A DNA stretch of 64,000 nt, taken from the IMG/VR virus record IMGVR_UViG_3300028800_000059, positions 64,001-128,000 of that record. The stretch is one strand, 5' to 3'. Below the pieces are notes generated by a model. It searched no databases, was not told the origin of the DNA, and saw only the letters and a list, made by a program, of their open reading frames with translations. Below, piece by piece: positions 9,296 through 17,782 of this stretch; position 1 is the stretch's first letter, and every line of letters begins with the position of its first letter. Source of the DNA: a virus. Position numbers and translations under genes: made by a program.

Positions 9296-9701
9296 ATTTA
9301 TAAAACACCTTAGGATAGGACTTCATTAAATCAAGTAATTTGAAAATATTAGTTTGAATCATCCACACATCTATTTTGGCGTGAGGATTCATGGACAAGG
9401 CAGCCTGCCAGCGATGATGCCCATCGACCAAATAATGATCGGCCGATACTATACATTTCTTGTTGCTCACAAGCTGAGGCGTAATGGCTCCAACTCGTTT
9501 GTCGTCTACATGTTTTTGAATTGGTTGGATAGAATTAGCCGCAATAGTTTTTTGATCGTAATGAATTCCATTGGATTGCAGATAGGCGAAAAAATCAGGA
9601 AGATCGGAACTTTGGACCTGTGGACATTTGTTTCTAGGAAGTCCTAACCCACCATGAAGCGATTCCACTTTTTCTTGAATAAATGTTTTGAATGATTTCA
9701 T
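9288..9701 (-). CDS. ParB/Srx-like domain protein with CTS-like N-terminus
   Basis: IQPIQ..CIVSADHYLVDGHHRW; N-terminus MKSFKTFIQE. Confidence 0.75.
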   Translation of the reverse strand: MKSFKTFIQEKVESLHGGLGLPRNKCPQVQSSDLPDFFAYLQSNGIHYDQKTIAANSIQPIQKHVDDKRVGAITPQLVSNKKCIVSADHYLVDGHHRWQAALSMNPHAKIDVWMIQTNIFKLLDLMKSYPKVFYKSI

Positions 9702-9703
9702 TG

Positions 9704-11050
9704 TTATCCCTGTTTCATTTCGTAGCCAATAAGTCCGTAGTTTGCCGTCACGTCTTCGATAGCTGATTTATTACCAACGAAACGAATTCGAGCCTTGGCC
9801 GAGGCTGTCAAGTCAATATGGACTTTACCTTTACGCCACTTCAATATATTTAGATTTGCCTGCCAGTAATAAGTCCCAGACAAGATGTTCAAACACTGTT
9901 CGATAGACGTTTTATCCTTGTTCAAAAGCACGGCTGTATATCGCGAAAAGAATGCTGTTACGGACAGAGGAAGCTTTGCTAGGACGGCAGGCTCCACGTT
10001 TTTGAAATCTCGAATTTGTGTCAGGACTTTCACCACGTCATCATTAATATCACCCTTTCGGATGGATGTGAAAACACTCATGGCGTCCTTGATTGCTTTT
10101 GGTCCTGAGCCTTTTGGTATCTTTAGAATTTCACGTAGGCCATAATTGTAGATGATATCCTTGGCTCGTTTGCCTACCTTCAAGTCTGCCTCGGTTACTC
10201 CAATTTCATCGGCAATGGCCAGCAGGTCACGAAACACCGAAGGTTTGAAACGTTCATAGTGTTTCATGCCTTTGGCCATGAGATTTGTGAACAGTGATCC
10301 TTTGGCGCCAATACCAAATTTAGATGATATGGGTAGAAGTTTACCGTCCTCAAATTCAGTCAGAGAATCAATCAATGGAAAATTAGATTGCTGAGGTATG
10401 ATGAATTTCTTGGCGCGGCCACGGACCCTTGGCATTGGATGAATGTGGCGCGATGCTCGGCCAGACAAAAACAGAAGTCCGGGAAGAAGTTCTCCAATGG
10501 CCACGCCGTATCTGTTTATTTCATCAGGAGTTGTTTCGGAGGTCCAAGGAATATTAACATAACCATTTCGGAAAAAAGCCTGAAAGGCTTTCTGGGCCGC
10601 GTCTCTGTTTTTGCCTTCGGCATAGGCCAGACCTTTGAGAATGGATTGTTGAAGCGTCGTATGACTGGTGAATTCCAGAACTGGAACTTCACGATCAATA
10701 TACACAATGTTTTGTTTTTTGCCCAAGGAAGCAAAGGTGATGGCCGTGGCGGTTTCAAGATGTGTCGAAATATCTTTCTGGCTTGGCTTGGCAACGTATC
10801 GTTCGGGAATAAGACCAAGGGCCGGCTTTCTATTTTTTCCTAGAAATCTGACACTGTACCAAGGATTATAGGTTTTCATAGGAAGAACCGAAATATGATG
10901 GCCATCCTTCACGGTATGAATGACGTGTCTTCGATCCATGGACATGATGTTGACACGCTCGTTTGGCTGCGCCTTGACTCTGGTATCTATAATTCCTTTA
11001 TTGGCAAACGTACCCTGCCATTTGCCTATGCCCGCCGATGCTGTTGTCAT
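9704..11050 (-). CDS. Late hypothetical protein, possible PD-(D/E)xK-like fold
   Basis: Likely start MTTASAG after CTAAATA; FPLIDS..ISSK motif. Confidence 0.45.
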   Translation of the reverse strand: MTTASAGIGKWQGTFANKGIIDTRVKAQPNERVNIMSMDRRHVIHTVKDGHHISVLPMKTYNPWYSVRFLGKNRKPALGLIPERYVAKPSQKDISTHLETATAITFASLGKKQNIVYIDREVPVLEFTSHTTLQQSILKGLAYAEGKNRDAAQKAFQAFFRNGYVNIPWTSETTPDEINRYGVAIGELLPGLLFLSGRASRHIHPMPRVRGRAKKFIIPQQSNFPLIDSLTEFEDGKLLPISSKFGIGAKGSLFTNLMAKGMKHYERFKPSVFRDLLAIADEIGVTEADLKVGKRAKDIIYNYGLREILKIPKGSGPKAIKDAMSVFTSIRKGDINDDVVKVLTQIRDFKNVEPAVLAKLPLSVTAFFSRYTAVLLNKDKTSIEQCLNILSGTYYWQANLNILKWRKGKVHIDLTASAKARIRFVGNKSAIEDVTANYGLIGYEMKQG

Positions 11051-11055
11051 GGAGA

Positions 11056-11062
11056 TATTTAG
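11056..11062 (-). promoter_or_regulatory. Late promoter-like CTAAATA
   Basis: Directly after a terminator and 5 nt upstream of ATG 11050. Confidence 0.55.
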
Positions 11063-11069
11063 AAGCAAC

Positions 11070-11098
11070 AAAAAACCCCGTCAGTGGACAGGGTTTTT
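11070..11098. terminator. Intrinsic terminator, bidirectional-looking
   Basis: AAAAAACCCCGTC-AGTG-GACAGGGTTTTT stem flanked by A and T tracts. Confidence 0.8.
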
Positions 11099-11125
11099 AT
11101 GCGGAGTAACTATCTATCAGTTATT

Positions 11126-11539
11126 CTATAACGTTTTCCATTTCTTATGTTCATCCGTTGAAAATACGACATTGCGAATACCAAAGGTGGCAATCATTCG
11201 CGAACAGCCAACGCAAGGGCAAGCGTCTCCCCAAATCCACTCCTGGCTCTGGGCGCCTGGCCGTTTCACGCGAACAATATAGAGCGTCATTTTGCGAAGG
11301 TCGCGGGTCGACACCGAATGAAGCGCGTTCTGGATACAATCCGTTTCGGCGTGAAGATCAATCGCGTCTTTGTTCTTGGCAAACTTGGCCTGGAACGGAT
11401 GGCTCTTATTCTGATTATATCCAATCGCAACCACCTTGTGCCCTTTAGTCAGCATGGCGGCAACACGCGCACCACCAACCGGAGGAAGGGCTTCGGCAAT
11501 CTTTTGAAGTGTATCAAGATGGGTAGGAATGACTTTCAT
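11126..11539 (-). CDS. Cytidine/dCMP deaminase-like zinc protein
   Basis: HAE and PCxxC (DACPCVGC) motifs; start 11539 overlaps the upstream stop (ATGA). Confidence 0.8.
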   Translation of the reverse strand: MKVIPTHLDTLQKIAEALPPVGGARVAAMLTKGHKVVAIGYNQNKSHPFQAKFAKNKDAIDLHAETDCIQNALHSVSTRDLRKMTLYIVRVKRPGAQSQEWIWGDACPCVGCSRMIATFGIRNVVFSTDEHKKWKTL

Positions 11540-12231
11540 TTCTGACCACTTATAACATAAATTACCGAACAAACCAACGACATTCCTACAAGAATGTCCA
11601 CGTAATAATGCCCGCCAATTGGAGCAACTGCCAACAAAGTGATTGTCGACCAACCATTGACGGACCAACGAATATACCAAGGCAAAACTGACGCGCCATA
11701 CACAGTAAGAGTTATCACTACCGTATGGTATGATGGGAAAAACACGAGCCCGGCATCAGGACCAATTGCAGGAATACCAAGCAATCCCTCTCGGATCAAC
11801 ATAATTTCTTGATCGACCTTTGGAAATTGATTAATCAATCCAAGAGTATGTTCGGGGCCAAGAGTAGGCAATAGAGCAAAAATCATTAACACTAAAGGTC
11901 CACATATCGCATTAGCAATCAACACTCGCCACATTTGTTCTGGCTTGAATAACGCGAGCGAAACCACGACAAACAATAAAATCAAAAACGTAGAATTATA
12001 AACGGTCTGTAGAACAAACAAAATATTCTGAGAATTCCAGACCTCATTATATATTTCTGTCCAACTTGGACCAATGATTCGATCTATCTTGACCATCATC
12101 AAATCTGCAAACGGCATTCTTGATTTGGCAGCGAAATATTGAACATACGATAAAACACTAAGGGTTGTGGCATACGATAAAACACCACAACCTAAAGTCA
12201 GAAAGACAGTGAAATATTTCTTAGCCAACAT
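11536..12231 (-). CDS. PAP2-like / AUR1-like integral membrane phosphoesterase
   Basis: Multiple hydrophobic helices; FFPSYH and HYYVD motifs. Confidence 0.75.
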   Translation of the reverse strand: MLAKKYFTVFLTLGCGVLSYATTLSVLSYVQYFAAKSRMPFADLMMVKIDRIIGPSWTEIYNEVWNSQNILFVLQTVYNSTFLILLFVVVSLALFKPEQMWRVLIANAICGPLVLMIFALLPTLGPEHTLGLINQFPKVDQEIMLIREGLLGIPAIGPDAGLVFFPSYHTVVITLTVYGASVLPWYIRWSVNGWSTITLLAVAPIGGHYYVDILVGMSLVCSVIYVISGQK

Positions 12232-12238
12232 GGCGAAA

Positions 12239-12382
12239 TCACACGATGGTTAAAATGAATAATCCTAACGCAACCCCAACACCAAAAATCACAAAGGAAA
12301 TAACTAAATTTCCTAGTATATCAAGATTATCGAACAGGCAGAAAAGCCGAAGCCAATAAACGATTTTATCTGCCATAATCAT
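12239..12382 (-). CDS. Small hydrophobic membrane protein (not in ORF track)
   Basis: 47 aa MIMADKIV..ISFVIFGVGVALGLFILTIV fills the gap between adjacent genes. Confidence 0.45.
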   Translation of the reverse strand: MIMADKIVYWLRLFCLFDNLDILGNLVISFVIFGVGVALGLFILTIV

Positions 12383-12569
12383 CTACTACGCCGCCAACCA
12401 ATTCTTTATAAAGCCGGCGACAATATCCTTCATCGATATTCCCTAATTTATATTTGACATAGGCCAAACACTGTTCCTCGCTGCAAGGATAAAGATTAAG
12501 ATACTGCGAAGTCAGGGCTTCGTTAGTAAAATATTCCATGTCCATCATCCAAGCCTTAACTGCGCCCAT
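12366..12569 (-). CDS. Small hypothetical phage protein
   Basis: Likely start MGAVKAWMMDME; tight packing. Confidence 0.55.
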   Translation of the reverse strand: MGAVKAWMMDMEYFTNEALTSQYLNLYPCSEEQCLAYVKYKLGNIDEGYCRRLYKELVGGVVDDYGR

Positions 12570-12873
12570 AGGTTTTCTCCATATAATTGTTAAGCAAACC
12601 GTTGATGTTATCCGTACCCGGACCATTGTCGCTATGAACATACCAAGTCAGATTTTTCATCGAACCAGGATGATCCAGATCATAATTCACCAGCCAATCA
12701 GCGCAATCTTTGCCGTCCATTGGCTCGCCAAGATCGTGATCGAAGCTGATAAACTCAGGCATCCCTTTCAAAGTCACAGCCCAGATAAACTCCCAGTAGT
12801 TTCGTGCAACGACCCAGTCCGACCCAACGCCGGGAGGATCGCGCTTATCGTCCAGAAAGAGTTTGTATGCCAT
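12556..12873 (-). CDS. Cyclic-phosphate-processing receiver-like domain protein
   Basis: KLFLDD.RDP, ISFDHDLG, GKDCADWL, VHSDN.PG pattern. Confidence 0.75.
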   Translation of the reverse strand: MAYKLFLDDKRDPPGVGSDWVVARNYWEFIWAVTLKGMPEFISFDHDLGEPMDGKDCADWLVNYDLDHPGSMKNLTWYVHSDNGPGTDNINGLLNNYMEKTYGRS

Positions 12874-12877
12874 TTTG

Positions 12878-13192
12878 TTACCCAGTTTTATACGGCTCTC
12901 CAAGCTTTACCTTGCCGCTGCCATTCATATGAAGCGGCATGGCGAAACGATCTTCCTTAGGCGCGACACCTCGGTGCCATGGCTGAAAGAAATTGATCAC
13001 TGCCACGACAAAAAGAATCGCCTTCATAGTAAGATAATCCCTCACTGTGAGCATGTTCGATCCACACTTGGGACATTCATGCCCAATCCACATGAAGTAT
13101 GGCGCGGGCTCTAGATTCGGAATCGAATATCCGCAGCCCGGCTTGTCACACTTCAAGCCCTTCACTACATGCTTAATCTGATTACGATACAT
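12878..13192 (-). CDS. Hypothetical Zn-ribbon membrane protein
   Basis: CDKPGC and CPKC plus one hydrophobic helix. Confidence 0.55.
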   Translation of the reverse strand: MYRNQIKHVVKGLKCDKPGCGYSIPNLEPAPYFMWIGHECPKCGSNMLTVRDYLTMKAILFVVAVINFFQPWHRGVAPKEDRFAMPLHMNGSGKVKLGEPYKTG

Positions 13193-13358
13193 ATTTCTCT
13201 CCCTTTCTTTCGGCTTCTTCCCAGCCAGCGGCCCAGTCGGACCATTCTGCCCAGTATTTGTTTTTCACATCATAAGGATTGTCCAGCAGATTGACGCCTT
13301 CCTTGAAGGCCTTGTATCCTTCCTGAAAAGCAACACTGCCTGTTTCATTGTAGGACAT
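13182..13358 (-). CDS. Rmf/CrpP-like small protein (not in ORF track)
   Basis: 58 aa: AFQEGYKAFKEG..NPY..W..W..GWEEA resembles the ribosome modulation factor pattern. Confidence 0.5.
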   Translation of the reverse strand: MSYNETGSVAFQEGYKAFKEGVNLLDNPYDVKNKYWAEWSDWAAGWEEAERKGEKYVS

Positions 13359-13361
13359 TTT

Positions 13362-13646
13362 TCATTCCTCCGTTAAAACCATCACGCGACACCCGCGCCA
13401 GAAGAAAACGATTTCGACTCCTTCTTCGTACTTCAACAGAAGGGCCGCGTCTGTCGCAAAGACAGGATGAACCGGCATCTTCCAAAGCAAGAAATTCGTC
13501 GCCAGAGGTCCCAACTGCTCGACCGTCATGGCTTGTGTCACAGATGCACGATGATTTTCCATCCCCTTTGTCACACACTGCCCAGCGGCCGCAACGTTCG
13601 CGACCAGACACAAGGCACAAACAGCGAGGAGAAACATCTTTTTCAT
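13362..13646 (-). CDS. Small secreted/periplasmic protein
   Basis: Signal peptide MKKMFLLAVCALCLVANVAAA. Confidence 0.6.
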   Translation of the reverse strand: MKKMFLLAVCALCLVANVAAAGQCVTKGMENHRASVTQAMTVEQLGPLATNFLLWKMPVHPVFATDAALLLKYEEGVEIVFFWRGCRVMVLTEE

Positions 13647-13732
13647 ATCTATAATATACGCTTTTAGTGATAGGAATACGACAAAAAAGAAGGACTTAAA
13701 ATTGCGTTGTTAGATGTGTCTGGGTAATAAAA

Positions 13733-14911
13733 TTACTCTTGGAAAAATCCCTCTAACGTCGCATATTCGCTTGATTGTCCAATACGATTTTGTGCTATCT
13801 TGAAATATTTGGGTTCGGCTTCGATGCCATGAAAAATCCAACCGCCATTCTTTGCAGCGATGCCCGTTGATCCAGAGCCCATGAAAGGGTCTAGAACAGA
13901 ACCGCCTTTTGGCGTGACCAGAGTTATGAGATAGCGCATTAGGTCTACTGGCTTGACAGTGGGATGGGTATTTTCTTCGCCACGTTCTTTCTTGGAAACT
14001 TTGGATGAATAGAAAAATCTTGCTGCGGAACCATCATCATTATACGATTCAAAATCAGCACGTTTAGCTACAGTCGAATGAGTAAATCCCTTTGTCATTG
14101 GCTGCCCACCAACCACTTTACCAGATTTGCTCTCTGGAAAATTTTCTAACACTTCCTCGGATCCATCATGGATCACATTGGCAGGCCAACGGCCAGAAGG
14201 AATTTCATATCGATGTTCTTTTGTATTACCAAAAATTGATCGACCACCAGAGGTTTTCACATGAGAACGTAAATGTGTGTTTTGGGCAAGTGTGCCATTT
14301 TCAATTGTAACATGAGAAATTCGACATTCATCTATGTTCAATCCACCAGTTCCATGTTTAAGAACATTCCCTGCCACTGTGTTTTCAGAAAGAGGCTTGC
14401 GAGCCAACACAATGGGCTCTACTGCGGGCTTCAACGCGGTACCCCAACCATCACCCACTTTATGACTTTTAGGAAACCCTGTGCCATACAACCACATGAT
14501 TGTGTCGCGTATTTCAAATCCTGCGTCCTCTATTGCACAAGCCATTCTATGAAAAGTTCTAGTTCCACCAAAAGCCAAGACATGTCCGCCTGGTTTTAGA
14601 ACCTGAAAAACTAATTCCCAGGTTTCTTTGCGAAAAGCAATATCCCCACCATCCCAAGTTTGTCCCATGAAGCCTTTAGAAAGCCTCGCGTAGTTATTCG
14701 ATCCTGCCTTGGCAGCCTTGCCAGTTTTGTTGTCGTCATCCTGAGACGTTCCTTTGAAGCGCGAAACAATCGATGTAAGATGATACGGCGGGTCGGTCAC
14801 CACAGAGTCAACCTGGATGCCTTTGGCGATCATGTCCTTCATGACCTTCAAGCAATCGCCTTCATAAAGATTTATCTGATTATCCATTGGACTTATCTTT
14901 TCGGTCAACAA
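13733..14911 (-). CDS. DNA amino-methyltransferase, beta class (N6A/N4C)
   Basis: DSVVTDPPY precedes VLDPFMGSGST. Confidence 0.9.
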   Translation of the reverse strand: MLTEKISPMDNQINLYEGDCLKVMKDMIAKGIQVDSVVTDPPYHLTSIVSRFKGTSQDDDNKTGKAAKAGSNNYARLSKGFMGQTWDGGDIAFRKETWELVFQVLKPGGHVLAFGGTRTFHRMACAIEDAGFEIRDTIMWLYGTGFPKSHKVGDGWGTALKPAVEPIVLARKPLSENTVAGNVLKHGTGGLNIDECRISHVTIENGTLAQNTHLRSHVKTSGGRSIFGNTKEHRYEIPSGRWPANVIHDGSEEVLENFPESKSGKVVGGQPMTKGFTHSTVAKRADFESYNDDGSAARFFYSSKVSKKERGEENTHPTVKPVDLMRYLITLVTPKGGSVLDPFMGSGSTGIAAKNGGWIFHGIEAEPKYFKIAQNRIGQSSEYATLEGFFQE

Positions 14912-15128
14912 GAAGTTTGACGACCAAATTTTGTTGACCTAAATCTATCATACTACGCAAATTAACATTAAAAGTTTCCAAGGCACCATCAATGGCCTTG
15001 TCCACATACTGATCCATATCTTCCATAATAATTTCTTTGAGATTTTCACGAATTGTATTTACCAATCCTTTGAGCATCGCCTTCTCGGCATCTGCACCAG
15101 TAAAATCTATATTTTTAAGACTCGCCAT
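14880..15128 (-). CDS. Hypothetical protein
   Basis: 82 aa, tightly packed. Confidence 0.5.
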   Translation of the reverse strand: MASLKNIDFTGADAEKAMLKGLVNTIRENLKEIIMEDMDQYVDKAIDGALETFNVNLRSMIDLGQQNLVVKLLVDRKDKSNG

Positions 15129-15469
15129 CTTTTTCCTCCATTAGAATATACGTGTGATTTCTGAGATAGAACGGAAACGCCTTTGTTTTAAGTTTGCTAT
15201 CGCAAAATTCTTCATATGACGCAAACCGTTTTGGCTTGCTACCGACCACCTTATCGTTAATTTTATATACGACTAAATTTTTCATAGTTTTTCATAATGA
15301 ACTGTTGGGAACCACTGATGGTGGACCAAGAAAAAAGTAATTCCTGGGACGGATTCCAGTCGGTCGAATATGAATTTAGCATATTCATATTCTTCATCAT
15401 GAAATTCTTTGAATGTGGCCACCTCAAATTTTTTCTTTGCATAAATGTAAATCATTTTTATTTTCCCTT

Positions 15470-15904
15470 CTATGACATAATATCATAACTAAATTCAAGG
15501 CATGGTTCGATCCAAGACTTAAACGTTCTACCATGATCTATTCGATTTGAATATCCCAATTCATCCCACATGCCTAAATATTGCCATTGAAATAAATGGA
15601 CCATTTCATGGGCAACGGTATCTAAAAATTGGGCTTTATCTACAAATTCCTTGGCGAGTTCCATATATGTTTTATGGTCGTCAAACCAATTAACAATACC
15701 AAGAATTGCTGCTTCACCATACACGAATTTCAATTTCGTTTTTTTATCCATATAATAATTTTTTGGATCGGCATATTCTCTATCCACATAACTCAAATCG
15801 TTGATGCACATCCAGGCACTTGGTCGTTCCAATCCATTGTCGAATACCTGTTTGTTGATTTTATTGAAGGCTTTATACAGAGCCATGTTTGTTGGCCTAT
15901 ACAT
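15470..15904 (-). CDS. SprT-like zinc metalloprotease domain protein
   Basis: TVAHEMVHLFQW and HGRTF motifs; position downstream of gp41. Confidence 0.75.
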   Translation of the reverse strand: MYRPTNMALYKAFNKINKQVFDNGLERPSAWMCINDLSYVDREYADPKNYYMDKKTKLKFVYGEAAILGIVNWFDDHKTYMELAKEFVDKAQFLDTVAHEMVHLFQWQYLGMWDELGYSNRIDHGRTFKSWIEPCLEFSYDIMS

Positions 15905-15906
15905 TT

Positions 15907-17394
15907 CTAAATCACCTTCAAATCCTTAAATCGATTGAGATTTTTTCCCATCGACGTTTGATCCATGACAATCAAATCTGGAACTTCTTCTTCACCAGGA
16001 AGCGAACCTCCACCAGTTACCACATAACTTCCAGTGAATTGTTGTTGGACCTTGTCTGAAATATCAAACAGCCGCATCTTTGATTTATCAACACCCACTA
16101 AAAATTTCTTATCCTTGGCCACATCACGATAACGATTTTTCAATTGCTTGACCATATACTGTCCAAGTTTTTCTAAATCATCGTTTGTAATAAGCGCAAT
16201 GAAGAAATCTACTGTCATTGGAAGGCCAAAGCTTTCAGATGTACCTTTCATTCCAATATCCGAATCATCAAATCCTTCGCGGTTGGTCTGTGTGGCACTC
16301 CATACTGGAAGATTATGACGCACAGCCAATCCACGCAATTCTTCGGCAATTGATTTGATGTATGTATAACTGTTGACGTTGGCGCCCATTTTCAATCGAG
16401 CCGAACACATGATGTTAAGATAATCCACCACGATTATATCTGGTTTGAATTGCTTCTTTAGAATTAACTCTTTCAACAATGAATCAATATGAATGACGGA
16501 GAATTCGGCCGTTGGATATTCCTTGATGAATATCTTTCCAACTGTTCGATTTTTTACAAGTTCTATGCGATTGTTGAAAACGTTCTTTGGAAGCGTGGCT
16601 AATTGATCCAATGGAACATTCAATAAATTAGCATCAATTCTCTCGGCAATCTTTTCTTCGCTCATTTCACCAGTGATATACAGAACATTCTTTCCTTCGT
16701 TCATCCAACCACAGGTTAGATCGCAAAGAACAAGAGTTTTGCCAACACCAGTACCACCAAGAATGACGTTTAGTGTTTTTGGAACGCAACCACCGTTTGT
16801 AATCTTGTTGAAATACGCAAGGTGAAATGGAATCTTTAATTCCTTGCGCTGATAATATTCCCAACGGTGAACCGCATCCTCGATATAATCATGACCTACA
16901 CGATTATCGAATGTTATAGAAAGAGCATCCGAAAGAAGTCCAGGAATTGATCCTTTGTCTTTCTTGCCTTCACCTCTCAAAATAGTGACAGACTCGCTCA
17001 CGGCATTATAGATTGCCTGATCCTGACAGAATTTTTCGGCACGATTGACAAGCCAAGGAACATCAGTAGGATTATCCTTGGCCTTCTTGATATCGGCCAA
17101 GAGAGCCATAGATTCCTTCACTTCGTTTTCATGTAGATTTTTGGCTTCCTTGATGCCAATGACCAATGCTTCATATGTCGGACGATTGTTGAATTTTGCT
17201 ACGAATTCGCTGATTGCCTTAAAGACAATTTTATCAGCGGCATATTCGAAATATGAATCGCGAAGGAAAGGCATGACTTTCCCTGCAAACTCTTCTGAGT
17301 AAATCAGATTTTTGAGAATGGTCGTTTCTAACCTTGTGCCCAAGGCTAGGATATTTTCAGGCGCATCAAGATTTTGTTGATTCTGATTTTCCAT
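15907..17394 (-). CDS. 41: Replicative DNA helicase gp41
   Basis: GGTGVGKT Walker A, EMSEEKIAERIDANL, VDYLN, SATQTNR, SESFGLP. Confidence 0.97.
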   Translation of the reverse strand: MENQNQQNLDAPENILALGTRLETTILKNLIYSEEFAGKVMPFLRDSYFEYAADKIVFKAISEFVAKFNNRPTYEALVIGIKEAKNLHENEVKESMALLADIKKAKDNPTDVPWLVNRAEKFCQDQAIYNAVSESVTILRGEGKKDKGSIPGLLSDALSITFDNRVGHDYIEDAVHRWEYYQRKELKIPFHLAYFNKITNGGCVPKTLNVILGGTGVGKTLVLCDLTCGWMNEGKNVLYITGEMSEEKIAERIDANLLNVPLDQLATLPKNVFNNRIELVKNRTVGKIFIKEYPTAEFSVIHIDSLLKELILKKQFKPDIIVVDYLNIMCSARLKMGANVNSYTYIKSIAEELRGLAVRHNLPVWSATQTNREGFDDSDIGMKGTSESFGLPMTVDFFIALITNDDLEKLGQYMVKQLKNRYRDVAKDKKFLVGVDKSKMRLFDISDKVQQQFTGSYVVTGGGSLPGEEEVPDLIVMDQTSMGKNLNRFKDLKVI

Positions 17395-17782
17395 TTTCCT
17401 CTGGCGTTGTCGGCATCAAACCGGGCTCTAATTCTTGCACGTTTTTAATCAAAATATCCATTACAATATCACCAAGCCAATTTTTGAATTCTTGATTTTC
17501 TTGAAGTTCTTTTTTAGCAATGTTTTTAGATACGTCCTTACGACATAATTTGGTCGTAAGACTATCTGGAATTTTGATTATTTCATACCCATAGGAAACT
17601 TTTGTTTCGCCTGTTTCCTCGTTGATAGGAACTATTTGAATAGAAGTGTATCCATATTCTACACCTTTCCACGGGCCAGTCAATAGCCGAATAAAACTTT
17701 GATGTGTCTGTGGTGTTAATTTAGGATCATCAAATACTGTATAGTCAACTTCGGCAACAGGAAGTTTACGATTTTTCTTCAT
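17366..17782 (-). CDS. 40: Head vertex assembly chaperone gp40-like
   Basis: Lies between uvsX and 41 as in T4; IRLLTGPWKGVEYGY..V.Y.YEII. Confidence 0.65.
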   Translation of the reverse strand: MKKNRKLPVAEVDYTVFDDPKLTPQTHQSFIRLLTGPWKGVEYGYTSIQIVPINEETGETKVSYGYEIIKIPDSLTTKLCRKDVSKNIAKKELQENQEFKNWLGDIVMDILIKNVQELEPGLMPTTPEENGKSESTKS

